Shown here: positions 12,401 to 24,400 of the stretch, piece after piece
Layout of the letters: each line of letters begins with the position of its first letter
Numbering within the stretch: the stretch's first letter is position 1
From: Takakia lepidozioides
Lineage: Eukaryota; Plantae; Bryophyta
Direction of reading: 5' to 3'
NCBI GenBank assembly: GCA_030704615.1
Contig: CM060733.1
Location: 15,686,001 to 15,750,000, forward strand
Length of the DNA: 64,000 bases
Program-made: the position numbers and the translations under genes
The notes under the pieces: generated by a model
What the model was told of the DNA's origin: nothing
The model's input: the letters and a program-made list of their open reading frames with translations, nothing else
Database searches by the model: none

Positions 12401-15400
12401 GAGAATGATGACTAAAAGAAAGCACGAGATAGCAAAGCATTTGTGATCTTCTGAACCTCTGTCAGGGATGAGCAGCCTCTGAAGAGACAATGTATCTCTA
12501 TATCGATGCCAGAGCTGAATGAACTCTAGACTCACATCAGAATGTACTGATAAGACGTTGTTTGCCGTAGCCTTGTGGCCATTGACCCCGCGCTCAGTTT
12601 GAGGGGAACACAAAGGGACAGAAACTACCTTTGTCAGGGGCTGACGCCGGTAGTATGACTTACCTTGGAACAGACAATTAATCCGAGTTTTCCAGATATC
12701 CTCTAGAAATCCCTTCACACAAGCACCAATCTGCTGTGTGTGGTTTGCCCAATAACTAGGCCCCAAAAGGGCCTGGGCTTTTGGCTCAGCCTCGAGACTT
12801 TCAAAGTTGGTAAACAGAGGATCAGGCACAATTCCCTTGATGGATTTGAAGAGGGCATCACTCTCGTGAGAGTACCCAGGACAATGAATCAGAAAATGAA
12901 TGTCTTCAGGTTGCCCACACAACGGGCAATTGCAATCCCTCTTTCTTCTCTGCATCTGTTTCCTGTTCAAAGGCGGGCTTACCCCCCCTGAGTTTAAATT
13001 TCAGTCTCGTGCCGAGGGTGGGTGAACAAACTCAGATCAGAGAGGTAACCAAAATGAAATAGATACGTCCAAGATAAAGAAGAGCTGTCAAAGTGAAGCC
13101 AACACACCACGACAAAAATCTTGGAAAGTGCAAAAATAAGAAATGGTGACCGTGAAGGGCTACTACTGCCTTCCGATGGGAAGGTGGACACCATTATGAC
13201 ATCCAACACACATGTGTGGTTTAGAACCCACAAGCACTAGTGAGAAGGTAGTATGCCCTGACCACTGGGCTATGTATTGGATTACTACTGACAATCTTAT
13301 TATTACTCCCCACTGACTTCATCAGTTCCCCGCAGTGGGTGCAGACGTTCCGACTTTCTGCCTCAACAGGGGAAGACTCAGCCAAGACATAGTCTTAGCA
13401 TTCGAATCAGAGAAACTCCAGACCTAAACACCCAACGAATGTACTCAATAAGACTTATTTGCCGTAGCCTTGTGGCCGCAGACCCTGCGCCCAGTTTGGA
13501 CGGACAAGAGGGAGCATCTACTTCTGTCAAGGGCTCACTCCAATAGTGGGACTTACCTTCATATCAACAATTAGTTCAGACTTTCCAGATTCCCTCTAGA
13601 AAGCACTTCACACAAGTATCAATCTGCTGTGTGGGCTGCCCAGCAATTAGACCCCAACAGGGCCAGGCCTTGACCTCAGCGTCGAGTTTTTGAAAGTTGG
13701 TGAACAGAGGTGCAGGGACTACGTTCTTGATGGTCCTGAAGAGGGACACACAGAGATGGAGAGAGAGAATGTACTCACAAGACACTGTTTGTAGCCTTGC
13801 GGCCACGGACCCTGCACTTAGTTTGGTTGGAACAAAAGGGAACAAACTCTAACTAGGGAGAATCCAACTAACACAGTGGGCTGAAGAAAGCTCCTCACTT
13901 TAAAAGTTTTTTCACTTTAATTTTCAATAGACCTAAGGCTGAAAGGCCATATATGCACTTGAGTATGGCAAACAGTTCTTGTTGTCTTCAAATGGAGATA
14001 AATCTCTAATATCTCCGAAAGAAATGAAATGGTACTTTATAACGTTTGCGGGAAGCTCAAAGAGCTTATGGGACACGAGGAAGAAAGAAAGAGAAAGACT
14101 GTACTCATAAGACGTTGTTTGCCGTAGCCTTGTGGCCATTGACCCTGCGCCCAGTTTGAGCGGAAACCAAAGGGACAGAACCTACCTCTGTCAGGGGCTG
14201 ACGTTGGTAGTAAGACTTACCTTGATACATAAAATTGATGTGGGTTTTCCAGATATCCTCTAGAAATCCCTTCACACAAGCATCAATCTGCTGTGTGTGA
14301 TTTGCCCAAAAACTAGGCCTCAGAAGGGCCTGGGCTTTTGGCTCAGCCTTGAGACTTTCGAAGTTGGTAAACAGATGTAGAGGCACAATTCCCTTGATAG
14401 ATTTGAAGAGAGCGTCTCTTTGGTGAGAGAACCCCAGACAGTGTCTCAGAAAATGAACACTGTCTTCAGGTTGCCCACACAACGGGCAATTGCACTCTCC
14501 CTTTCCTGTTTGCTGTTCAAAGGTAGGCTTCCTGCCCTGAGTTTAAATTTCAGTCTAGTGCCGAGAGTGGGTAGACCAAAGAAAGAAGAAAGAGAGGGGC
14601 CACAAGCAGCCCAAAAGAAAACTCTCCACGTCAAGGCCATTATGGCCCATGAACTTTATAACACCCACATAAAATGGAAATGAAAATGGTGCTTTATCGT
14701 CCGCGGAAAGCTCATAGAGTGTATGGGACAAAATGAAAGAAAACATGAGAGAGGAAACAAAACCGGAACCCAAGAATGAGAACTAATGTTCTAGTGATTG
14801 TCTAAGGGTGAAGGCCTCGTGCAGGTAAGCTGCCAAGCATTTCTGATCCTCATAGTGGAAGACCTCAGAGATTGGGTTCCACTGAATAAACAGTGGAATC
14901 TCCCACGGATCTCGTAGTATAGAGGGCAGTAGAAGAAGAAGTGTTCTTCAGTTTCAATTTCCTATGCGAGCTGGACAAATAGAAAGAAAGAATGTACTCA
15001 TAAGATGTTTGCCATAGCCTTGTGGCCATGGACCCCGCGCCCAGTTTGAGCGGAACACAGGGACATAAACCACCTTTGTCAGGGGCTGATGCCTGTTGTA
15101 TGACTTAGAGAGAAAACTCCGGCCGAGACCGGCGTAACTAAGAGCCACTTCGCCTCACGGCTACTGCCCCCTTTCGGGGGTGGGCCCTATTTTACCTTGG
15201 AACAGCTTTCCAGATATCCTCTAGAAATCCCTTGACACAAGCATCAATCTGCTGTGTGTGAATTGCCCAAATACTGGGGCCCAAAAGGGCCTGGGCTTTT
15301 GGCTCAGCCTCGAGAATTTCACGACATAGAAATGAAATGAAATGAAATGGTAATTTATAACGTCCGTGGAAAGCTCAAAGAGCTTATGGGACAAAAGAGA

Positions 15401-18400
15401 AAAACAAGAAAGAATAGACAAAACCACAGCCAAAAGTAGCCCAAAATCAACTCAAGGGATTGACTAAGGGTCAAGGCCTCATGTCAGATAAGCTGCCAAG
15501 CGTTTCTCATCCTCATAATGGAAGACTTCACTGAGAGATTGGGTTTCACGGAATAGACAGTTGAATCTCCCACGGATGTCATAGTCTAGGGGCCAATAAA
15601 AGAAGAAGTGTTCTTCAGTTTCGATTTCCCGGTTGCGGCCGGTGCACGCTGGGCATAGACGATCCTCCCATTGCAGGAAACAAAGAAATGAAATGACATG
15701 AATTGGTGAGAAAGAAAGAAATGAAATGCAATGGTGCTTCATACCGTCCGTGGAAAGCTCATAGAGCTTATGGGATGAAGGCCTTGTGCAGGTAGGCTGC
15801 CAAGCATTTTTGATCCTCATAGTGGAAGACATCAGTGAGAGTTTGGGTTCCACTGAATAAACAATGGAATCTCCCACGGATCTCGTAGTATAGAGGGCAG
15901 TAGAAGAAGAAGTGTTCTTCAGTTTCGATTTCCTGGCTGCCCCCTATGCAAGCTGACATAGGCGGTCCTCCCGTTGCAGGTTTTCCCATCTGCCAGTCTC
16001 TATCCATAGGTTGTGGGAACCCACCCTGAACCGCCCCAATGCCCTCAGGAGGGAAGGAGATAAGGATGCTGAAAGGTAATTTGGTCTCAAGATTCTATTG
16101 TCGCGGAGCACCAAGAATGTCTCTCGATAGAAGTGGAGCTTTGTTGTGAGATTGGGTAGCTTCCAAGTTCTTTGGACATGTAATTCCATAAGCTCTCTCC
16201 TAATGAGTCTGTTGCGGTCCTGTCTGGACGTGATGTCCACCTCATCTGGATTCATTGGTGATAGGAAAGCAGTAGAAAGTCCGTTACGTTGAAATAAACT
16301 GTCCACTCGAGCATACCAGGAGTTCCTGAAACCTGCAGCTTTGAGCCTCATAGATGTTGTGAGGGCCCTTGCCACGAGCCCCTTGGGTGGAAGGGCCTGT
16401 AATCTATGGAGAAAGATTGTAAGCCGGAAGAGGGCCTCGGATTGCAATGGTACACATGCGAACTCTGCCCCTAGGATCTGAGATGGAGTTGTGCTCCTGG
16501 CGCCAAGCATTGCTTGGAGAAAAGATGACTGTAATGGCTCCAAATTCTTTTCCCACCAGGAGACAGGGACACCAGGTGCCCAGAACTCACAACCATAGAT
16601 GGTAGCAGGGCTCACGACAGTGTCAAACAGCCACTTTTTGGTTGGGGGATGACGCAGATGTATTTGCTTGCATTTGGCCTGAAGGCGGACGGAGGCCGCC
16701 TTACCTTTAATCAATCTGTCCAAGGCAGTGGCTGCAGAGTGAAACTTGGGGGAGTGGATAACCAGACCCAGGTATCGGTATTTCACAATCTCAATTTCTT
16801 GCTGGTTGAAGATGAATCTACGATCAGCCTGGCCATTGAAGACCATGATCTTAGTCTTGCTAAGATTGACTTGCATCCCATAGTCTTTGCAGAACTGTTC
16901 CAAAATTTTGAGATGGCGTTGCAGGAAGACCGGGGATAGTGCCAAAAGGGCAACATCATCAGCGTAGAGGAGATCTGATTGCGTTGGTCCCCCATCCAAT
17001 GGTACCCCAACCCCATGGTTTTTTGATATGTAATTCTCCAAAGCGTTAATGTAGATCCCAAGAAATGAATGAAATGGTGCTTTATAACGTCCGCGGAAAG
17101 CTCGTAGAGCTTATGGGACAAAATGGAAGAAAACATGAGAGAGGACCAAATCGAGAAACCACAATTAATGTTCTAGCGATTGTCTAAGGGTGAAGGCCTC
17201 GTGTAGGTAGGCTGCCACGCATTTTTGATCCTCATAGTGAAAGACATCAGTGAGAGTTTGGGTTCCACTGAATAAACAGTGAAATCTCCCACGGATCTCG
17301 TAGTATAGAGGGCAGTAGTTCTTTCAATTTCCTTGCTGCGCCCTATGCAAGCTGGACATAGGCGGTCCTCCCGTTGCAGGTTTTCCCTTCTGCCAGTCTC
17401 TATCCGTAGGTTGTGGGAACCCACCCTGAACCGCCCCAATGCCCTCAAGAGGGAAGGAGATAAGGGTGCTGAGAGGTAATTTGGTCTCAAGATTCTATCA
17501 TCGCGGAGCACCAAGAATGTCTCTCGATAGAAATAAACTTCATAATGTCCACAGAAAGCTCAAGAAGCTTATGGGACAAAAGAAGGATATAAGAAAGAGT
17601 GGGAGGCCCAAAACAAGCAGCCCAAAAACCACTATCATCAGGAAACGAAATGGTAATTTAAAAAGAAATGAAATGAAAGGGTAGTATATACTGAGATCAG
17701 AAACTACAAGACAACAAAGATCACATCCAAAATTAAAGCAACATCGTAGAGGTGCCAAGAGCTAACCGTCCTCTGCATGTGGACATAATCAACCAAGATT
17801 TGCATCCCTGCAGCCTGTAGCATTGCCAATGGCACATGGATGCCACCCAGTAGCCTTGCTAATGTCATGGCGGTATTAGTTCCATCCTCCGCATCCACAA
17901 TTTCTTCCTGCAATAACCGGGCCAATAACATATTGAGGTTCCCCACTCCTTCAAGCCTCTCTTGCATTTCTATTCAAGAAGATTCACCTAATGCGTAGTC
18001 ATCAAAGGATTGTTGTCGAACCTCTGTTCACCCTCTCAATAGAAGTGGCATCTAAACACCTTTGCTGCCAGCATTACAAAAATTTCTTTCCTCTAACAGA
18101 TCACATGCTAAGAAACCAGTTTCTTCAACTTTTGCAGGTTGCGATTGAAGATTATTGAACTTACAGCAATAGAAAGGACCCTAACAACGGTGTTGTAGAC
18201 CCGGTCGAGGCGAAGAGCTGACATTTGCTCTGTAAGGCCCAAATCCCAACTCTGTATCGTCCCCACCAGTTTGGCAGTTCCCTCAACAGCTTCCGCAGAG
18301 TCGTTAGAAGTCCTTGAAATGTCTGTTCCCGGCTTCAGTTCACTGAGGTTTTGGACAGCCAAAAGTATCTCTGAAATCAGAGTGTCATAGAGTTCCATGA

Positions 18401-21400
18401 AAGGGATGAGCTTGCCTGTTGCCTCTGGATTTTGCTCTGTCGTTATCTCCGATTCAAAATTTCCTGACATGTCAAGCCCCTGAATACCATCCAGCATATT
18501 AACAGTCAATGACACTTTTAATCTGACTTTTAGTCTGACTACACGATCTCACCCTTTTCCGAGTGCGAAGAAGGAAAACCAAAGAAAACGTGATCAACAT
18601 ATCCGAAGGGAGAGGCAGAGAGAGGGAAGAGCCACCCATGCCATGGGTGTACATCACCTTGTGCAGCAGTTGTTGTAAGGTGTTCAGTCCAGGAACACAG
18701 TGACCGCTTGTCTGCTCACACATGCTCTGAACACTCTCTTCTGTGCTCTTGATTACAGAGAAATTGTCTTGCAGAGCCTGGTGCATGGCGGGGGTGATCA
18801 ACAAGGGCCAGCAGTCCTCTAGTGACTGTGAACCCACCATGTTGGTGCTGGGGATAAGGTGTCCATCAAGCACATTCTGCACAGGAAATAGGACAGCCAC
18901 TTCTAAATTTTGCTACAATACACCAAAACTCAGCTTGCAGTTAAATTTCTTGTCAATGGTTGTGACCTGCAAAGATCAGTCCTTGCAAGTACAGACCCAT
19001 AAACATCACCAAAATTTTATGTCATATACCTGCTACAAATATCTCAGCCAGAACCAACATATTATCATCTGAGCGGAAAGTCCCTATTCAACTGCTAGAG
19101 GCTGAATTTGTCGTAAATTTCAAAACCATTCAGCTAGTGCTGCGGAGTCTCTGTCCAAGCTCAAGTTGCTTACCAGCTGTGCACTCTCTTGCAGCAGACA
19201 ATATATACAGAAAATTACAAGTCAATCCATAGTTAACTACTGATGAAAACGTATGTAAAAGAAGCTTGAAACAGCTCTTCATCAGATGTAAAGATTGTCA
19301 AAATGACCGTGACTATACCTTGCAGCCTTCCAGATTGGCTAACAGTTTGGTAAGCGTAGTCTTGAGCAGACCTACTTCAGACTGCCCACTCTCAGAAGGA
19401 CACAGCAGTATTGAGTCTGATGTCTTGAAAAGCAGCAAAGCTTCTGCCATTACATGGCATAGCGAGTCAATGAGATCCTGCAAGCACCACACAATTAGCA
19501 TCCTTGAAAAGTCTCCATTGCCTCCAAATGTAAAGCAAACAGAAATGAAATGAAATGGTACTTTATAACAAAATGGAAAAAAAACAAGAGAAATGAAATG
19601 AAATGAAATAGTGCTTTATAACGTCCGCGGAAAGCTCAGAGAGGAGACAAAACCAAAGCCAGCAAGAAGCCCAAAAGCAACTACTGCGCGAGGACTTCAG
19701 TGAGAGATTCAGACCAACGGAATAGACAGTGAAATCTCCCACTGATCTCATTAAACAAAGGGCAATAAAAGAAGAGTTCTTCAGTTCCAATTTCCTGGTT
19801 GCGCCCGATGCAAGCTGGGCATAGGTGGTCCTCCCATTGCAGGTTTTCCCATCTGCGAGTCTCTATCCGTAGATCCGTAGAAAGAGAAATGAAATGAAAT
19901 GAAATGGTGCTTTATAACGTCCGCGGAAAGCTCGTAGAGCTTATGGGACAAAATGGAAGAAAACATGAGAGAGGAACAAACCAGAAACCACAATTAATGT
20001 TCTAGCGATTGTCTAAGGGTGAAGGCCTCGTGTAGGTAGGCTGCCACGCAAAGAGAGCAAGAAATGAAACGAAATGAAATGGAACTTTATAACGTGCGCA
20101 GAAAGCCTAAGTAAGGAACTTTATGACGTCCATAGGAAGCTCAGAGCTTAGAAAACAGAAAACAGACAGAAATGTGGGGACCCCACTAACTAGAGAAAGT
20201 TTACCTTCTGCTGCCACATCCACTTCCGTACCCCTCTTTGCCTAGGAAATGATGTTTCACCATTCCCTGCTACAAACACACAGTTTACTGGTCACAGACA
20301 GCCATGGTCACTGACATGGTGCATGATTCTCCAACTAAGAACAAATTCTTTCAGAGAAATGGTGCAACCTCAGCCTCAGAAGCAAATGTTAGATATTCTG
20401 TGGAACTCAAGTTGGACAAAACTAAGTTTGAACCTTTGATGTTTGGCACAGTTGATGTTTAAAACTAAAGTTTTTAGAAAGAGCAATGAGAGGAAAAAGG
20501 GGCAAAGGACTGACGGCTTACCAAAGGTGGCCAGAAGGCTTGTCAAGTTGGCAAGCGTGCCTAGCTTTGCAGTGAATTCATGAGCTGAGCGGCGCTGCTT
20601 CCGCTGGAAATAAAGCAGATGCTCCATGTACTTTTGAGACACCTCAACCTAGCACCAGAAAAACCAGATGCATGAATGAAAACATTACAAATGCCAGCCA
20701 CCATGACAATATGAAACTTCTTACATTGACTAGAGACACCAATATAGGAAAAGCTGCAAAGACAAAGTCTTGAGTTGTTACCTCCCGCAAGCTTAGAGCC
20801 TTGTTAAAATCCCGGGCATTCAGATGGAGACGGCGAACGAGTGTGATGTTCTTAAAGTAGTAGTCACTGGCCGCCTTCCAGCTGGTTTCAATCAATCTCA
20901 AGCTCAAACCTCTGTTCGCCTCTCCTTCCCCTTCCAAGTCTTGTTTCGTCTTTTGCCCCTTCCAGAAATTGAGCAATGTGCCTACTTCTGAAGGCGGCTG
21001 CCGAAACCAACTTCTGGGATCACGCTCATCCTGCAGATTGTATCGTCCAGATGGATCAAATACTTCATAAACCATTGTCATGCTTAGCAGCAACAAGGAG
21101 TAGTGGAAGTTGAGACACACTGCGGTACAAAAACATTTGTATAGACCAACCCTTTGACAGCAAAAAATTCAAAATATGAACCCTAGTCCAAAGGCTACAT
21201 AATCACACACCCAGAGCACAACAAGAGAAGATTCCTTGCTTTCACACCTTGGGCACAGCTGACTTGTTGTATGACAAACCAATCTGTCGCAATGCTTTCA
21301 GCAGATCGACCAGGGCCTTCTTCTTTACTGCTAGCCTCTTCTCCCCTTTCCGTAACTCAGCTGAACGTACAATTACAGCAGTGGCGATTGTTTCCAACAC

Positions 21401-24400
21401 ATTGGTCTCTTCTTCTTGAGCCTGGCGACCAGCGGACGAGAACAGCCAAGTGCCAAGCAAACGGCCCATCTTTGAAGTCAACAAGGGCAGCCTCTTCTGA
21501 TACATACCTGTCACATCTGCTCCCATTCCCATAAAGGTCAATTAGCATCTCACTTCCTACCAACTGTGCACAGGATATCCCTAAAAGATTGCCAGAGGTG
21601 AATGCCCTCAGATCCTACGGCCGATGTTCTCTACTGGAACAGGCAGTCGAGGGCCTTACCCAACCCCCTGCATCAATTTGTGGAGAATATGATCCACAAC
21701 CTTTTGCCTTGAAGAAATCTGTTCAAACCTCAATTCGAGATAGCCACTCAGTCATCTGCAGCCTGATGAAGACTGTTTGAAATCTCTCGTGACATTTTTA
21801 AGTTCCACAGAGTCTATAGGACTCTGCATTTCTGGTAAGGCCTTAATTGTCATCCTTCACATAATCGGAATGTAAGCCTTCAAAACAATAGGCCCTGAAC
21901 AGCAGAAAGAAGAAAGATAGCAAGACTTTATAATATCCAGCGTACGACACACTGAATTGTCTGATCCATTTCCTAAAGTGAGTTGAGGGGACAACCTTGT
22001 GGGACTGCCCCTGCTAATTTGGTCATCTGGGACACTTTGGCTTCACAAAACTGAGCCCAATCATCAGCCTGAGATGCCCTGCAGAATTAGATAAACCCAT
22101 CACACAATGTAGACGTAAGAAATAAAGTGATACAGTTATTGGAGAAATCTCCATAAGATTTACTCACATGAGGTTGCTGAGTGCATAGACGAGCATCACA
22201 TTTGCATCCAATTTAATCTTGCAGCACAAGGCTTCTATACATCTTAATGAGTAACTTTCCATACGAAAAATGCTTACATGCTTTGTTGTGCTCTTTCAAC
22301 TCCGTAATCCGAGCTGGCAAGGTTTCCTTGAGAGGGTTTGAGATCTGACACCTCTCGGAGAGACAATTCACTGGTTTCAGAGGATGAAGTCAATGAAGCC
22401 AGAGTCTGACTGCCCATGCGCAAAGCTTGCTTGCTCAACATCTGTATTAAGGGTTGCTTGAGAAGTTCCTGCTCCACCGAGGAACAAAACAGAGAATTGA
22501 GAACTGATACAAGCATACAAGACACGGGTATGTTCAGCTGTCCTTGCAATAGCTTCAAATAACTCGCACCTACAGAGAATAAACTTGATAACACTCTGGG
22601 AGGAAGATCAACCCACATCATATTTGCGGATAAGTTTGTGAAGCTCCCGATGGGTCTTTTCCGCAGAATGTGCAAGGGCATAATAACCGCGGTTCTCCCA
22701 TTTGGATTTTTTAACCAGGCCTTCTAAATTCTTCTCGATGGGGCCCCTACCCATTGACAATGTCTCTTCCACCCTGTAGATACACGTGACTCTGTAGTGG
22801 TTAGCAATCCAAGGCATGGTCTTGTTGGTAATCAGTATACCTCATAAAGGGTGCACTTTATGTGGGGGACTTGTAGCTTCCCCATTGCCACCTCCACAAG
22901 GGATTGATGGGCTCAGACTCCTCTCAGAAGAGAGTGCAGCCTTGATCTCCTCATGATGGGGAAGAAACGGTAATCAAACAACAAAGAGCACTACACCAGA
23001 GAAACTTGAAGAGAAGACACATCATGCAACTACGGGTTAAGCTAATGTCTCCTTCTAAGTAGGCTTGAATGTACGAGGACTTACGCAGGTAGAAACTGAG
23101 AGTAGTATTTGAATAAGTTGTAAAGGATGTTAGCCTTTTGAATCATCGCATCTCTGCAACGCCAACAGCAGGAACTCTATCATGATCTCTTTCTGTCCTC
23201 AGCAGAGCACCTCTAGAAGACAAGGCTGTAAATTAAATAAACAAAAAACAACAGTATCTATAATATAGTTCACTGAGAGCTACTGGATGTGTCCTCCGTC
23301 CAAGCAGATCTTCTGCCAAGCAACCAAGCTGTTTTCTTAATCAAAACAATTTGTCTTCAGGCAAACTTTATGGAATGGAAACACTGGTTTCTCAAGCACT
23401 ACCTTGGGACACCAGCTAAGGGGACATTGCAACGATCCTGAAGGGAGAACTGGCCATAAAACGCAATAACCATGTCCAGATGTTTCCCAAAACCCCCAAG
23501 AGTTGATGCTAGCAGGAATTGGTCGATGCTGCAAAACATGTTACAGGGTTATAAAGAACTGCAAGACATTATAACGATTCCTAGACTGGATAATTTACCA
23601 AAAAAGGACCATTTTACCATGGCCAGAGAACAGAAGATAATGTTCCTTGGCTTCTCGCATTGATCAGACAGCTACTAATGTCAAAAGGATGTTCCACTCC
23701 TAGTTAACCCAAAAAGTACATCAAAATACACTGCACTTTCATTCAATGTGGACATCTACATATGGTACAAGCCATACAATTGAAATTGTTCTAGACGAAG
23801 TTCCTACTGAGCTGAGGTTCACTAAAGGTGGAGCACACCTGTCAGTGGTCTCTTGAATGTCACTGTCCAAACTATCCCCATGTTGTTGGTGTAGGAGTCC
23901 ACGAAGGGAGAACCACATCTGTGAGAGAGAAAGCAAATTGTTTCAACTCCAAATAAATAAACCAAAAACGTTGCAGAATACTCCTGATAGGAACACAAGA
24001 GGGACCAGAACAGACCTCTTCTGCTTTGAATTCATGCTGGCGTTGAGTACTCTCCAGAAGTGCAGGCCAACTTTTCAGCTCCAGATCCTGCCATCTCCTG
24101 ACCAACTGCATCAATTCGTCCATCTCTCCTGCAAATGGCACATGTGAAGGGAAAGGGATGTTATCTTGGATAAGGAAGAGACCTCTGCTCAGAAATTTTG
24201 ACATCTGAGATGAGAAAATCTCCCACCATTTCAACACTAGGTTAGAAGAGCATTCTCAAGTAGCTCTAGGACACGAACACCTACACCACAAGCCCCACAA
24301 GTGGTGCCAGCTTATAGTGATCCACACTCTGCTCTCCTTGTATCTCCCCACTCCACTAAAACCCCCTTTCCTGCTCCATCAGAACTGGGTGAAAGATATA

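Noticed and set aside
13290-13385. Possible hammerhead ribozyme (GAAA...GTC...CTGATGA on the minus strand)
   Set aside because: Core words are present, but stems II and III do not pair convincingly.
15108-15191. Insert as an HDV-like ribozyme, Helitron end or Harbinger MITE
   Set aside because: There is no room for the HDV P1/P1.1 pseudoknot, no TC...CTRR termini, and no TIRs despite the TTA duplication.
22870-22970. Intronic hairpin (cttccccat/atggggaag) as an H/ACA snoRNA or miRNA
   Set aside because: Only 9-bp arms, with no convincing second hairpin or ACA geometry.
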